From Thermotogota bacterium (lineage in GTDB: Bacteria; Hydrothermota; Hydrothermia; LBFQ01), in assembly GCA_013153965.1 (NCBI GenBank), contig JAADDJ010000052.1, forward strand, positions 5,944 to 69,943: 64,000 bases of DNA, in the 5' to 3' direction. Shown here in pieces: positions 54,638-62,248 of the stretch. Under the pieces are notes generated by a model. It did no database searches. It was given only the letters and a program-made list of their open reading frames with translations, and had not been told where the DNA came from. The translations under genes were made by a program, and so were the position numbers. The stretch's first letter is position 1. The number at the start of each line of letters is the position of its first letter.

Positions 54638-56019
54638 GCGGGTGGCGGCTCTGGCTTCTGAGCGTATCGGTAGGCCTCCTACTCCTCTCCCCCTACCTCC
54701 TCTCCTACGGGATGTTCTTTGACGGTGTGATATACTCGGCCGTGAGCCGCAATCTGGCCATAGGCTTCGGGGAGTTCTGGAGGCCCGCCTACAGCCTGAC
54801 GCTGGGAAGGGAGTTTTACGGTCATCCTCCTCTCGGCTTCTGGATGCAGTCCCTCCCCTATCGTCTTCTCGGGGACCACCTGTGGATTGACAAGGCGTAC
54901 TCCTTCGGCGTGGGCATCCTGAACATCGCCCTCCTCTACCTCCTCTGGAGGGTGTTGCAGATCGGAAGGTACTCGGGATTCTGGGCCCCCCTCCTCCTGC
55001 TGCTCACTCTCCCCTCCGTCCGGTGGGTGATGCGCAACGACCTCCTTGAGAATCCCATGACCCTCTTCATCCTCGCGGCCTCCATACTGTACGCTCTATC
55101 CCTCCGCAGAAGATTATTCCTCTCACTGCCGGCGGGTCTATCCGTGGGTTTGGCCTTCCTCGTCAAGGGACCCGTCTCCCTCTTTGCCCTCCTGTTTCCC
55201 ATAACGTTCGCCAACCGCTTCGGATGGAGGAGGTCCCTACTATCCTTCCTGCTCGGGCTCTCGGCCTTCGTTGCCCTCGCGGTGCTCATCCTCTCCACGC
55301 CGGAAGCCCGCCACTTCTTTCAGGAGTACGTGAGGCGACAGATAGCAGTCAGCGTGGCGGGTCTTGAGAATCCCGCCCCCAGCCGCCTGTACATCATCTA
55401 CGCCCTGATGACGGAGTTAGTCTTCCCCGTCAGCATTCTCGCTGTAGCTAAGGTGGTCCTCGGCGGGAGACTCACCTTCAACGGGGACGTGCTCTCCCTT
55501 CTCCTTCTGGGCCTCTCGGGGAGTCTTCCGATAATGGTGAGCCTCAAGCAGAGCAGATTCTATCTCTTCCCATCCCTATTCTTCTACGTTCTCGCTCTAA
55601 GCATCCTGTTCTCGCAGGTTATAGCAAACGCAGAAAAGAACGTCGCGCTCCGCCGGGTGGCCGGTCTTCTAACACCGACGTTTGTGGTGGCGGCCCTCGC
55701 TGTGGCCATAAGGTTCGCCGGCAGCGGTATGGGGGGGTACGAGCCCTTCTACAGGGATTTCGTTGAGAGGCCTCTGCGGTTGAATCTAAGGAGCCACGAG
55801 CTCCTGTCCGTTTGTCCCAAGAGTCTTTACGGGAATTGGAGCCTATTCGCCGGTATGGAGAGGGTATTCAAGTTGAGCATGAGCCTCGGAGAGGGCCACA
55901 GATTCCTGCTCGTTGAGGTCGGGAAGTGCGAGGCTCCGGAGGGCTACCGTCCCATACACCCCGAGGGGGAAGCCACCTTCAGGCTCTACCGTAGAATATC
56001 CGACGGTGAGGATCACTAA
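54622..56019 (+). CDS. GT39/ArnT-like (PMT_2) membrane glycosyltransferase
   Basis: Track ORF starts 54490; ATG 54622 (MEERVGGWRLWLLSVSV...) right after the upstream stop. Polytopic with N-terminal FFDGVIYSAVSRNLAIGFGEFWRP. Confidence 0.55.
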   Translation: MEERVGGWRLWLLSVSVGLLLLSPYLLSYGMFFDGVIYSAVSRNLAIGFGEFWRPAYSLTLGREFYGHPPLGFWMQSLPYRLLGDHLWIDKAYSFGVGILNIALLYLLWRVLQIGRYSGFWAPLLLLLTLPSVRWVMRNDLLENPMTLFILAASILYALSLRRRLFLSLPAGLSVGLAFLVKGPVSLFALLFPITFANRFGWRRSLLSFLLGLSAFVALAVLILSTPEARHFFQEYVRRQIAVSVAGLENPAPSRLYIIYALMTELVFPVSILAVAKVVLGGRLTFNGDVLSLLLLGLSGSLPIMVSLKQSRFYLFPSLFFYVLALSILFSQVIANAEKNVALRRVAGLLTPTFVVAALAVAIRFAGSGMGGYEPFYRDFVERPLRLNLRSHELLSVCPKSLYGNWSLFAGMERVFKLSMSLGEGHRFLLVEVGKCEAPEGYRPIHPEGEATFRLYRRISDGEDH

Positions 56020-56566
56020 GGTATATACCAAGTTCGGCGACGGTGGGCGCACTTATCTCGCTAACGGTCAGGTGGTGAAGAAGACCCACCCCCGGGTGGT
56101 CGCCTACGGCGATGTAGATGAGGTCAACTCCCTCATCGGTCTGATAAGGGCCAAGCTGACCCCGGAGCTCTCATCCCTGAATGCCCTGCTCAAGGACATA
56201 CAGAACACCCTATTCGTGGTCGGAGGGGATCTGGCAACCCCACCCGACGCACCCTTTGAGATCCGGAGGGTATCCCAAGGGGAGGTGGAGAGGTTGGAGA
56301 GGGAGATAGACGCCTACAACGCCCAGTTGCCCCCTCTGGAGGAGTTTATACTTCCCGCGGGGCACGAGGTGGCGAGTTTGCTTCACGTGGCGAGGGCAGT
56401 ATGCCGAAGGGCGGAGAGGTCCGTGGTGGCGGCCATGGAGTCGGGCGAGGATATAAATCCGCAGGTACAGGTGTATCTCAATCGGCTATCGGACCTACTC
56501 TTCGTATTGGCAAGGTGGGCCAACCTCAAGACCCATACCCCGGAGGAGGGAGCCCACTTCAAATAA
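56006..56566 (+). CDS. ATP:cob(I)alamin adenosyltransferase, PduO type
   Basis: VYTKFGDGGRTYL N-terminal motif; GTG 56006 is the likely start (track lists 55913). Confidence 0.75.
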   Translation: MRITKVYTKFGDGGRTYLANGQVVKKTHPRVVAYGDVDEVNSLIGLIRAKLTPELSSLNALLKDIQNTLFVVGGDLATPPDAPFEIRRVSQGEVERLEREIDAYNAQLPPLEEFILPAGHEVASLLHVARAVCRRAERSVVAAMESGEDINPQVQVYLNRLSDLLFVLARWANLKTHTPEEGAHFK

Positions 56567-56567
56567 C

Positions 56568-56957
56568 CTATCGGCAAGGGAATCTCACGGTATCGCCCAC
56601 GCGCACGCCATGCCTCTCAAACCATCCCTTGGGGACCTCAAGGGCATACATGGCCGGATGCTTTGAAACTACGGCCCTCTCGTCGTAAGGCTCAAGGTCG
56701 TACATCTCCCGTATCACCCACCGGTCGTCTATGTATGCTATGGACAGAGGTATCCGGGTATTCTTCATCCAGAAGGACAGACGCTGGGGATAGGGGAATA
56801 CGAAGAGCATTCCCCTGTTCTCGGGAAGGGTATCCCGAAACATCAAGCCTCGGGACCTCTCGTAGGGATCATCCGCCACCTCAACCCACAGAGTATCCCC
56901 ACCCACGCACAGAGGAAGGAGAGCGAGCAAAGAGCCAGCGGTGGGACTCGAACCCAC
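56568..56957 (-). CDS. DUF192 domain protein
   Basis: GLMFRD...GMLFVFP motif. GTG start overlaps the tRNA-Thr 3' end by ~25 nt; the true start may be internal. Confidence 0.55.
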   Translation of the reverse strand: MGSSPTAGSLLALLPLCVGGDTLWVEVADDPYERSRGLMFRDTLPENRGMLFVFPYPQRLSFWMKNTRIPLSIAYIDDRWVIREMYDLEPYDERAVVSKHPAMYALEVPKGWFERHGVRVGDTVRFPCR

Positions 56958-57005
56958 AACCTGCGCATTACGAATGCGCCGCTCTGCCGATTGAGCTACG
57001 CTGGC
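56933..57005 (-). tRNA. tRNA-Thr (anticodon CGU)
   Basis: Cloverleaf by eye: acceptor GCCAGCG/CGCTGGC, D-arm GCTC-AATCGGCA-GAGC, anticodon stem GCGCA/TGCGC with loop TTCGTAA, T-arm GTGGG-TTCGAGT-CCCAC. No encoded CCA. TATAAT 11 nt upstream of the 5' end. Confidence 0.8.
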
Positions 57006-57042
57006 TTGAGGGATGTATTATACCCCCGAAAGGGGAGTGAAT

Positions 57043-57639
57043 CTAACCCTCCTCAAAGGGGATCCTGTGCTCCAGAGCTTCGGCCAGCGTGTAGGGGTCA
57101 AGGGAGGAGACGTCCCCGCCCCTCGGGACTCCGGAAGGTAGTTTGGTTATCTTGGGTCGCATGTCTCCAAGAGCCTCAAGGAGGTAGCGAGCCGTCACGT
57201 CCGCCTTCACCTCGTTGGGCAGGGCCATTATGATCTCCTCGGGACGCTCCTCCTCCACCATCCTCCTGAACTCCTTCAGTGGAAGGTCCTCCGGCATAAC
57301 GCCGGCCGTTATATCCACGAGCCTGTAGAGGACGAAGTACTTTCCCCGGTACCGCCCGCTCTCCTCCACCTTGAAGACGTCAAAGGGGGACAGGACGACC
57401 ATTATCCTCCGCTCACGTGTCGTATCTCGGCAGACCTCGCATACCTCCTCGTCGGTTATAACGCGACACCGCCTGCAGAGGCCTATCTCGTCCAGACCTT
57501 TGAGAGCCTCTATGAGAGCCTCCCGCTTCTCCCTGTCAAAGACCAACCTCTCCCCTATCCTCTTGGCCGAGACGGGCCCTATCTCCGGGAGGGAGTCAAG
57601 AACGCTAACGAGCCTACGGAAGGACCTTGGCAGCCTCAC
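57043..57639 (-). CDS. recR: Recombination protein RecR
   Basis: C4 zinc finger CRRCRV...CEVCRD, Toprim region; GTG start. Confidence 0.9.
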   Translation of the reverse strand: MRLPRSFRRLVSVLDSLPEIGPVSAKRIGERLVFDREKREALIEALKGLDEIGLCRRCRVITDEEVCEVCRDTTRERRIMVVLSPFDVFKVEESGRYRGKYFVLYRLVDITAGVMPEDLPLKEFRRMVEEERPEEIIMALPNEVKADVTARYLLEALGDMRPKITKLPSGVPRGGDVSSLDPYTLAEALEHRIPFEEG

Positions 57640-57950
57640 AGGAACTTCTCAAGCTCTTTGCGATACTCCGGAGGAAGCTCGGCCAAGAACTCCTTGGTCT
57701 TCTCCCTCTGAAATTCCATCGCCTTCTGGATGGCGCTGTTGACCGCATTCACTATGGCATTCTCAACGGAGGTGATGTCCTTGAGGCCCTCGGGATTTAT
57801 CCGAACCTCAACCAGCTTGCCCTCTCCGCTGACCACCACCTTCACGTTTCCGTTGTATCCTGTCTCCTCAAAACGGGCATTCTTGAGCTCCTTCTGAAGT
57901 TTCTTGGCCTTCTGTTGGAGCTCCCAAAGCTTCTTCATCTGGCCGAACAT
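57636..57950 (-). CDS. ybaB: Nucleoid-associated protein YbaB/EbfC
   Basis: MFGQMKKLWELQQKAKKLQKEL typical. Confidence 0.85.
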   Translation of the reverse strand: MFGQMKKLWELQQKAKKLQKELKNARFEETGYNGNVKVVVSGEGKLVEVRINPEGLKDITSVENAIVNAVNSAIQKAMEFQREKTKEFLAELPPEYRKELEKFL

Positions 57951-57966
57951 AGGCGGTTATTATACT
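57951..57966 (-). promoter_or_regulatory. ybaB-recR promoter CCCCAGTATAATAACCGCCT-ATG
   Basis: TATAAT then 8 nt then ATG. Confidence 0.5.
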
Positions 57967-57977
57967 GGGGAAAGTAC

Positions 57978-58907
57978 CTACCCTCTACCCCCGCCCAGCA
58001 GCTCCCGCTCTATCTCGTTGGCCACATCGTAAGGGGTCTTGTCGCCCTCCAGAGCCTCCCGAACCTTCTCCTTCAGGTCGTGCCTCTCGTGTATGGCCCT
58101 GAGGAGGCGGCGGGTGAGGATGTTCTCCACCTGATCCACGACCCTCCGGTGCCGCACCTCATCCATGTGGGAGAGACGATACTCCCTGTGGCGCAGTATC
58201 GCATCGGCCAACTCCGGTATCCCCTCGCCTCGCAGGGCCACGGTCTTTATCACGGGGGGCTTCCAATCGTAGTTGGATAGGGAGATTATGGCCTCCAGCT
58301 CCCGCACGAATCTATCCACCCCCTCCCTATCGGCCTTATTCACGACGAATATGTGGGCTATCTCCATCAGACCCGCCTTCATCGCCTGGACGGCGTCCCC
58401 GGATTCGGGCACCAGAACGACCACCACCGTGTCGGCCGTCTTCACGATATCCACCTCCGACTGGCCCACCCCCACGGTCTCTATCAGGACGAGGTCGTAC
58501 CCGAAGGCGTCCAGAAGATCAGCCACGGCTCCGGTGGTCTCGGCCACACCCCCCAAACTGCCCCGTGAGGCCATGCTCCTTATGTATATGCCCTCCTCCA
58601 TCGCCTTCGTCATCCGTAGGCGATCCCCCAGAACGGCTCCACCGGTGAAGGGGGATGAGGGGTCAACGGCTATTATGGCCGGCTTAAATCCCCTCCTCTT
58701 AAGTTCAACGGCCAACCTATCAACCAAGGTACTCTTGCCGGCACCCGGAGGTCCGGTTATTCCCACCCTGTAGGCACCACCCACGTATCGGTAGAGGCGG
58801 CGGAATATCTCCTCCGTATTCCAGTCGTTCTCCACGTGGGTTATGAGGCGGGCGAGGGCCCTCATATCCCCCCGTTTGAACCTTTCAACGAGACTCTCTA
58901 CGTCCAT
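57978..58907 (-). CDS. meaB: Methylmalonyl-CoA mutase-associated GTPase MeaB/ArgK
   Basis: GITGPPGAGKST P-loop, NKAD G4 motif. Confidence 0.85.
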   Translation of the reverse strand: MDVESLVERFKRGDMRALARLITHVENDWNTEEIFRRLYRYVGGAYRVGITGPPGAGKSTLVDRLAVELKRRGFKPAIIAVDPSSPFTGGAVLGDRLRMTKAMEEGIYIRSMASRGSLGGVAETTGAVADLLDAFGYDLVLIETVGVGQSEVDIVKTADTVVVVLVPESGDAVQAMKAGLMEIAHIFVVNKADREGVDRFVRELEAIISLSNYDWKPPVIKTVALRGEGIPELADAILRHREYRLSHMDEVRHRRVVDQVENILTRRLLRAIHERHDLKEKVREALEGDKTPYDVANEIERELLGGGRG

Positions 58908-60211
58908 CAGAGTACGACGAGCCTTCCCTTGGGCTTTATGCCGCGCTTGCGTAGGGCATTCCGGCTATCAACTATTATGGACGCGCGATCTGCGACGGTA
59001 CCCCAGTCTATGGCGTCGTGGTCCGTTATTATCACCACGGTGTCCGTCCATCCAAGGGCGGACTTCAAACTCTCGCTCCTCATGTCCATGAATCGGGGGA
59101 CGTGGGGGTCATGATACTTGACCTGGGCACCCCTCCTGCGCAGCAGCTCCACTATACGGTACGCCGGGCTCTCGCGCGTGTCGGATATGTTCTTCTTGTA
59201 GGCTACGCCCAGGACGAGGATCCTCTCATCCCTCAACTCCCTACCTTCGCTCCGCAGGGCCTCCTCAAGGAGGGAGACGACGAAGTCGGGCATACTCTTG
59301 TTTATGCGGTCCGCCAGAGCTATGAATTCGGCGTCTATACCCAAGCGACGCACCTTCCACAGCAGGTATAGGGGGTCTATGGGTATGCAGTGTCCGCCGA
59401 CTCCGGGACCGGGGTAGAACTTCATGAAGCCGAAGGGCTTGGTCCCGGCCGCCTCTATGACCTCCCAGATATCCACGTTGAGCTTGTGGGATATCATGGC
59501 GAACTCATTGACGAGGGCGATGTTGACGGCGCGGAAGGTGTTCTCAAGGAGTTTGGTCAGCTCGGCGGCCCGGGCCGTACTCACGGGAACCACCTTCTCC
59601 ACGGCTATTGAGTAGAATCGGGTCATCAACTCCGTGGATAGCCTATCCAGACCTCCGACGACCTTGGGGGTGTTGTGGAACTTCCACACCGGATCCCCGG
59701 GATTTATCCTCTCGGGGGAGTGCCCCATGAAGAAGTCCCTCCCCAGACGCATCCCGGTCTCCTCCAGCAGCTCGGCCATCTCATCCGTGGTTCCGGGGTA
59801 GGTGGTACTCTCCAAGGATATGAGCATGCCGGGATGGAGATGCTCCCTCACACCCTCTATGGCGGCCTTCACGTAGGATAGGTCCGGGTTTCCCTCCGCG
59901 TCCAAGGGTGTGGGGACGGTTATTACCACCACGTCGGCCGACCTGTGGATGCTCCTGTCGGTGGTGGCGGAGAGTTTCCCCGACTCCACCAGAGGTTTCA
60001 GCTCGTGGGACGGTATATCCTCTATGTAGCTCTCACCACGGTTCAAGGCCTCAACCTTGCGGCTATCCACCTCCAAGACCGTCGTATCTATCCCTCTCTT
60101 GGCGAACTCGTAGGCCACGGGCAAACCGACGTACCCACCTCCGACGACTACCAGATTGAATGCCCTATCCTCCAACTTCTTCAGCAGCCTGTTAAAGTTC
60201 TCCATGGTCAA
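58907..60211 (-). CDS. Nucleotide-sugar dehydrogenase (UDP-GlcNAc/ManNAc 6-dehydrogenase family)
   Basis: LVVVGGGYVGLPVA Rossmann, catalytic GGHCIP. Confidence 0.8.
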   Translation of the reverse strand: MTMENFNRLLKKLEDRAFNLVVVGGGYVGLPVAYEFAKRGIDTTVLEVDSRKVEALNRGESYIEDIPSHELKPLVESGKLSATTDRSIHRSADVVVITVPTPLDAEGNPDLSYVKAAIEGVREHLHPGMLISLESTTYPGTTDEMAELLEETGMRLGRDFFMGHSPERINPGDPVWKFHNTPKVVGGLDRLSTELMTRFYSIAVEKVVPVSTARAAELTKLLENTFRAVNIALVNEFAMISHKLNVDIWEVIEAAGTKPFGFMKFYPGPGVGGHCIPIDPLYLLWKVRRLGIDAEFIALADRINKSMPDFVVSLLEEALRSEGRELRDERILVLGVAYKKNISDTRESPAYRIVELLRRRGAQVKYHDPHVPRFMDMRSESLKSALGWTDTVVIITDHDAIDWGTVADRASIIVDSRNALRKRGIKPKGRLVVL

Positions 60212-61131
60212 GAGAGTTTTATCAGCATGGCCTTGACGGTGTGCAGGCGATTCTCCGCCTGCTCAAACACCAGCGACCTTTCGCTCTCTATCACGTCGTC
60301 GGTGATCTCCTCTCCACGGTGGGCCGGCAGGCAGTGCATCACCTTGGCGTGCTGCGGGGCGAAACGGAGGAGCTCCATATTCACCTGGTAGGGGGCGAAT
60401 ATCTTGCGGCGCTCCTCGGCCTCGTGCTCCTGACCCATTGAGGCCCAAACGTCGGTGTATATGAAGTCGGCGTACGCGACCGCCTCCTTGGGATCATGCA
60501 CGATGTTTATGCGGGCCCCGGTCTTGTTCGCCAGCTCCAGAGCCTTCTCAACTATCTCCTTGGGAGGCTCGTAGCCCTCGGGGGTGGCTATGGTGAAATC
60601 CGACCCGAGGAGGGCCGAGAGCAGCATGAGGGAGTTGGCCACGTTGTTCCCATCCCCTATATACACCAGGTGGAACCCGAGGTCGCCGCTCTCCTCAATC
60701 ATGGTTTGGAAGTCGGCCAGAGCCTGCATGGGATGCTCCAAGTCCGATAGGGCGTTTATCACCGAGAGGGATGGGGCGTACTCCCGAAAGGTCTTGAAGA
60801 CGTTGTGATCAAACACGCGGGCGAAGACGCCATCCACCCAACGGGCGAGGTTCCGCACCACATCCTTAACGGGCTCCCGCTTCCCAAGGCCCACCTCGTT
60901 GGGGCCTAAGAAGAAGGTGTGGCCGCCCAGCTCCCTTATGGCCACCTCAAACGTTGCCCTCGTCCTTAGGGAGGGCTTCTCAAAGAGCATCACCCAGACC
61001 TTACCCCGCAGTATGTCGCTGGTGCGCACTCCCGCCTTGCGCTGCATCTTCAGGTGCTGGGCGACCTGCAGAACCTCCAGCGTCTCGTCGCGACTTAGAT
61101 CCAGAACGCTTACGTACTGCCTCCCCCTCAT
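60208..61131 (-). CDS. argF: Ornithine carbamoyltransferase
   Basis: SLRTRATFE (STRTR), HCLPAHRGEE (HCLP) motifs. Confidence 0.9.
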   Translation of the reverse strand: MRGRQYVSVLDLSRDETLEVLQVAQHLKMQRKAGVRTSDILRGKVWVMLFEKPSLRTRATFEVAIRELGGHTFFLGPNEVGLGKREPVKDVVRNLARWVDGVFARVFDHNVFKTFREYAPSLSVINALSDLEHPMQALADFQTMIEESGDLGFHLVYIGDGNNVANSLMLLSALLGSDFTIATPEGYEPPKEIVEKALELANKTGARINIVHDPKEAVAYADFIYTDVWASMGQEHEAEERRKIFAPYQVNMELLRFAPQHAKVMHCLPAHRGEEITDDVIESERSLVFEQAENRLHTVKAMLIKLS

Positions 61132-61133
61132 GG

Positions 61134-62210
61134 CTACTTGCCCTTCTTCTCCAACTGCATGGCCTTCTTCAGGTCCCTAAGGGCGGCCCTTCTCTTGCCC
61201 ATCGCCTTGTATATGGCGGCCCTTATGCGGTAGAGGGCGGGATCATCACCCTTGAGCTTTATGGCGTCGTTTATGTACTTGAGGGCCTCCTTGTACCTCT
61301 TCTGCTCGTAGAGGACCTCGGCCAAGGCCTGCGGTATGCGGTAATCGTCCTTCTTCAGAGCATAGGCCTGCTTCAGATACTTGACGGCGTTCTCGTAATC
61401 CTTCTTGGCGGCATAGACGTTGCCCAGATTGGCGAGCACCTCGTAGTCGTCCTTCTTGATCTCGTAGGCCTTCTTGAAGTACTTGATGGCCTCATCGTAC
61501 TTCTTCTGCTCAAACATCAGGATGGCGTACTCCTTATAGACCTCAAGTTTGACCTTATCGTCGGCGGCCGTATCGCTCTCAACGGCCTGTATGACCTCCT
61601 TGAGGAGCTTCTCCGCCTCCTGCTTGTTGCCTTCGTAGGAGTAGAGGACGGCCAGCTGGAGCTTGGCGTGGTAGTTGTTGGGATCCCGCTTGACGGCCTC
61701 TATCAGGTACTCCTTGGCCTTCTTCTCGTCGCCCTTGGCGTTATAGACGGTGTGCAGGAGTAGGTAGGTGTTGGCGTTGTTGGGATTCACCTTGAGGGAG
61801 TACTCAAGGTAGGGGAGAGCCTCATCGTACTTTCCATCGTTTATGAGCTTAACGGCGGCGTTGTTGAAGACAGCCGAGACCGCCTCGTAGGGCATGAGGG
61901 GCTGGCCGGCTATGGCCACCGTCTTCTCAAACTTACCCTTGTCCATGTAGGTGGAATCCAACGTGAAGGCCCTCTTGAAGTCGTTGGCCGCCTCGGCGTA
62001 CTTGTACTTGCGCGTGTATATGATGGCCCTCCAAAGGTAGGCCTTCGCGTTGGTGGAATCCTCCGCTATCCACTTGTTGGCGTTCTCCAGAGCCTTTTCC
62101 AGATTGTCCTGCTGAATGTATATCTTGGTGCTTGAGGCGTAGGGGGACTCAAGGGACGCGCATCCGAAGGCTAAAAATCCCAAAGTAATGGCAAAAATCG
62201 CCTTTCTCAT
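61134..62210 (-). CDS. TPR-repeat lipoprotein
   Basis: Signal peptide/lipobox (LAFGC), ~8 TPRs. Confidence 0.6.
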   Translation of the reverse strand: MRKAIFAITLGFLAFGCASLESPYASSTKIYIQQDNLEKALENANKWIAEDSTNAKAYLWRAIIYTRKYKYAEAANDFKRAFTLDSTYMDKGKFEKTVAIAGQPLMPYEAVSAVFNNAAVKLINDGKYDEALPYLEYSLKVNPNNANTYLLLHTVYNAKGDEKKAKEYLIEAVKRDPNNYHAKLQLAVLYSYEGNKQEAEKLLKEVIQAVESDTAADDKVKLEVYKEYAILMFEQKKYDEAIKYFKKAYEIKKDDYEVLANLGNVYAAKKDYENAVKYLKQAYALKKDDYRIPQALAEVLYEQKRYKEALKYINDAIKLKGDDPALYRIRAAIYKAMGKRRAALRDLKKAMQLEKKGK

Positions 62211-62228
62211 AGGCGGGTATTATACTGG
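62211..62228 (-). promoter_or_regulatory. Promoter CACCAGTATAATACCCGCCT-ATG
   Basis: TATAAT (62219-24 on minus), 8 nt, ATG 62210. Confidence 0.5.
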
Positions 62229-62248
62229 TGGTGCGGGGGGCAAGCCCC

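Noticed and set aside
56933-57005. tRNA-Thr as an attachment site of an integrated element
   Set aside because: No integrase, direct repeat of the tRNA 3' end, or compositional shift within several kb on either side.
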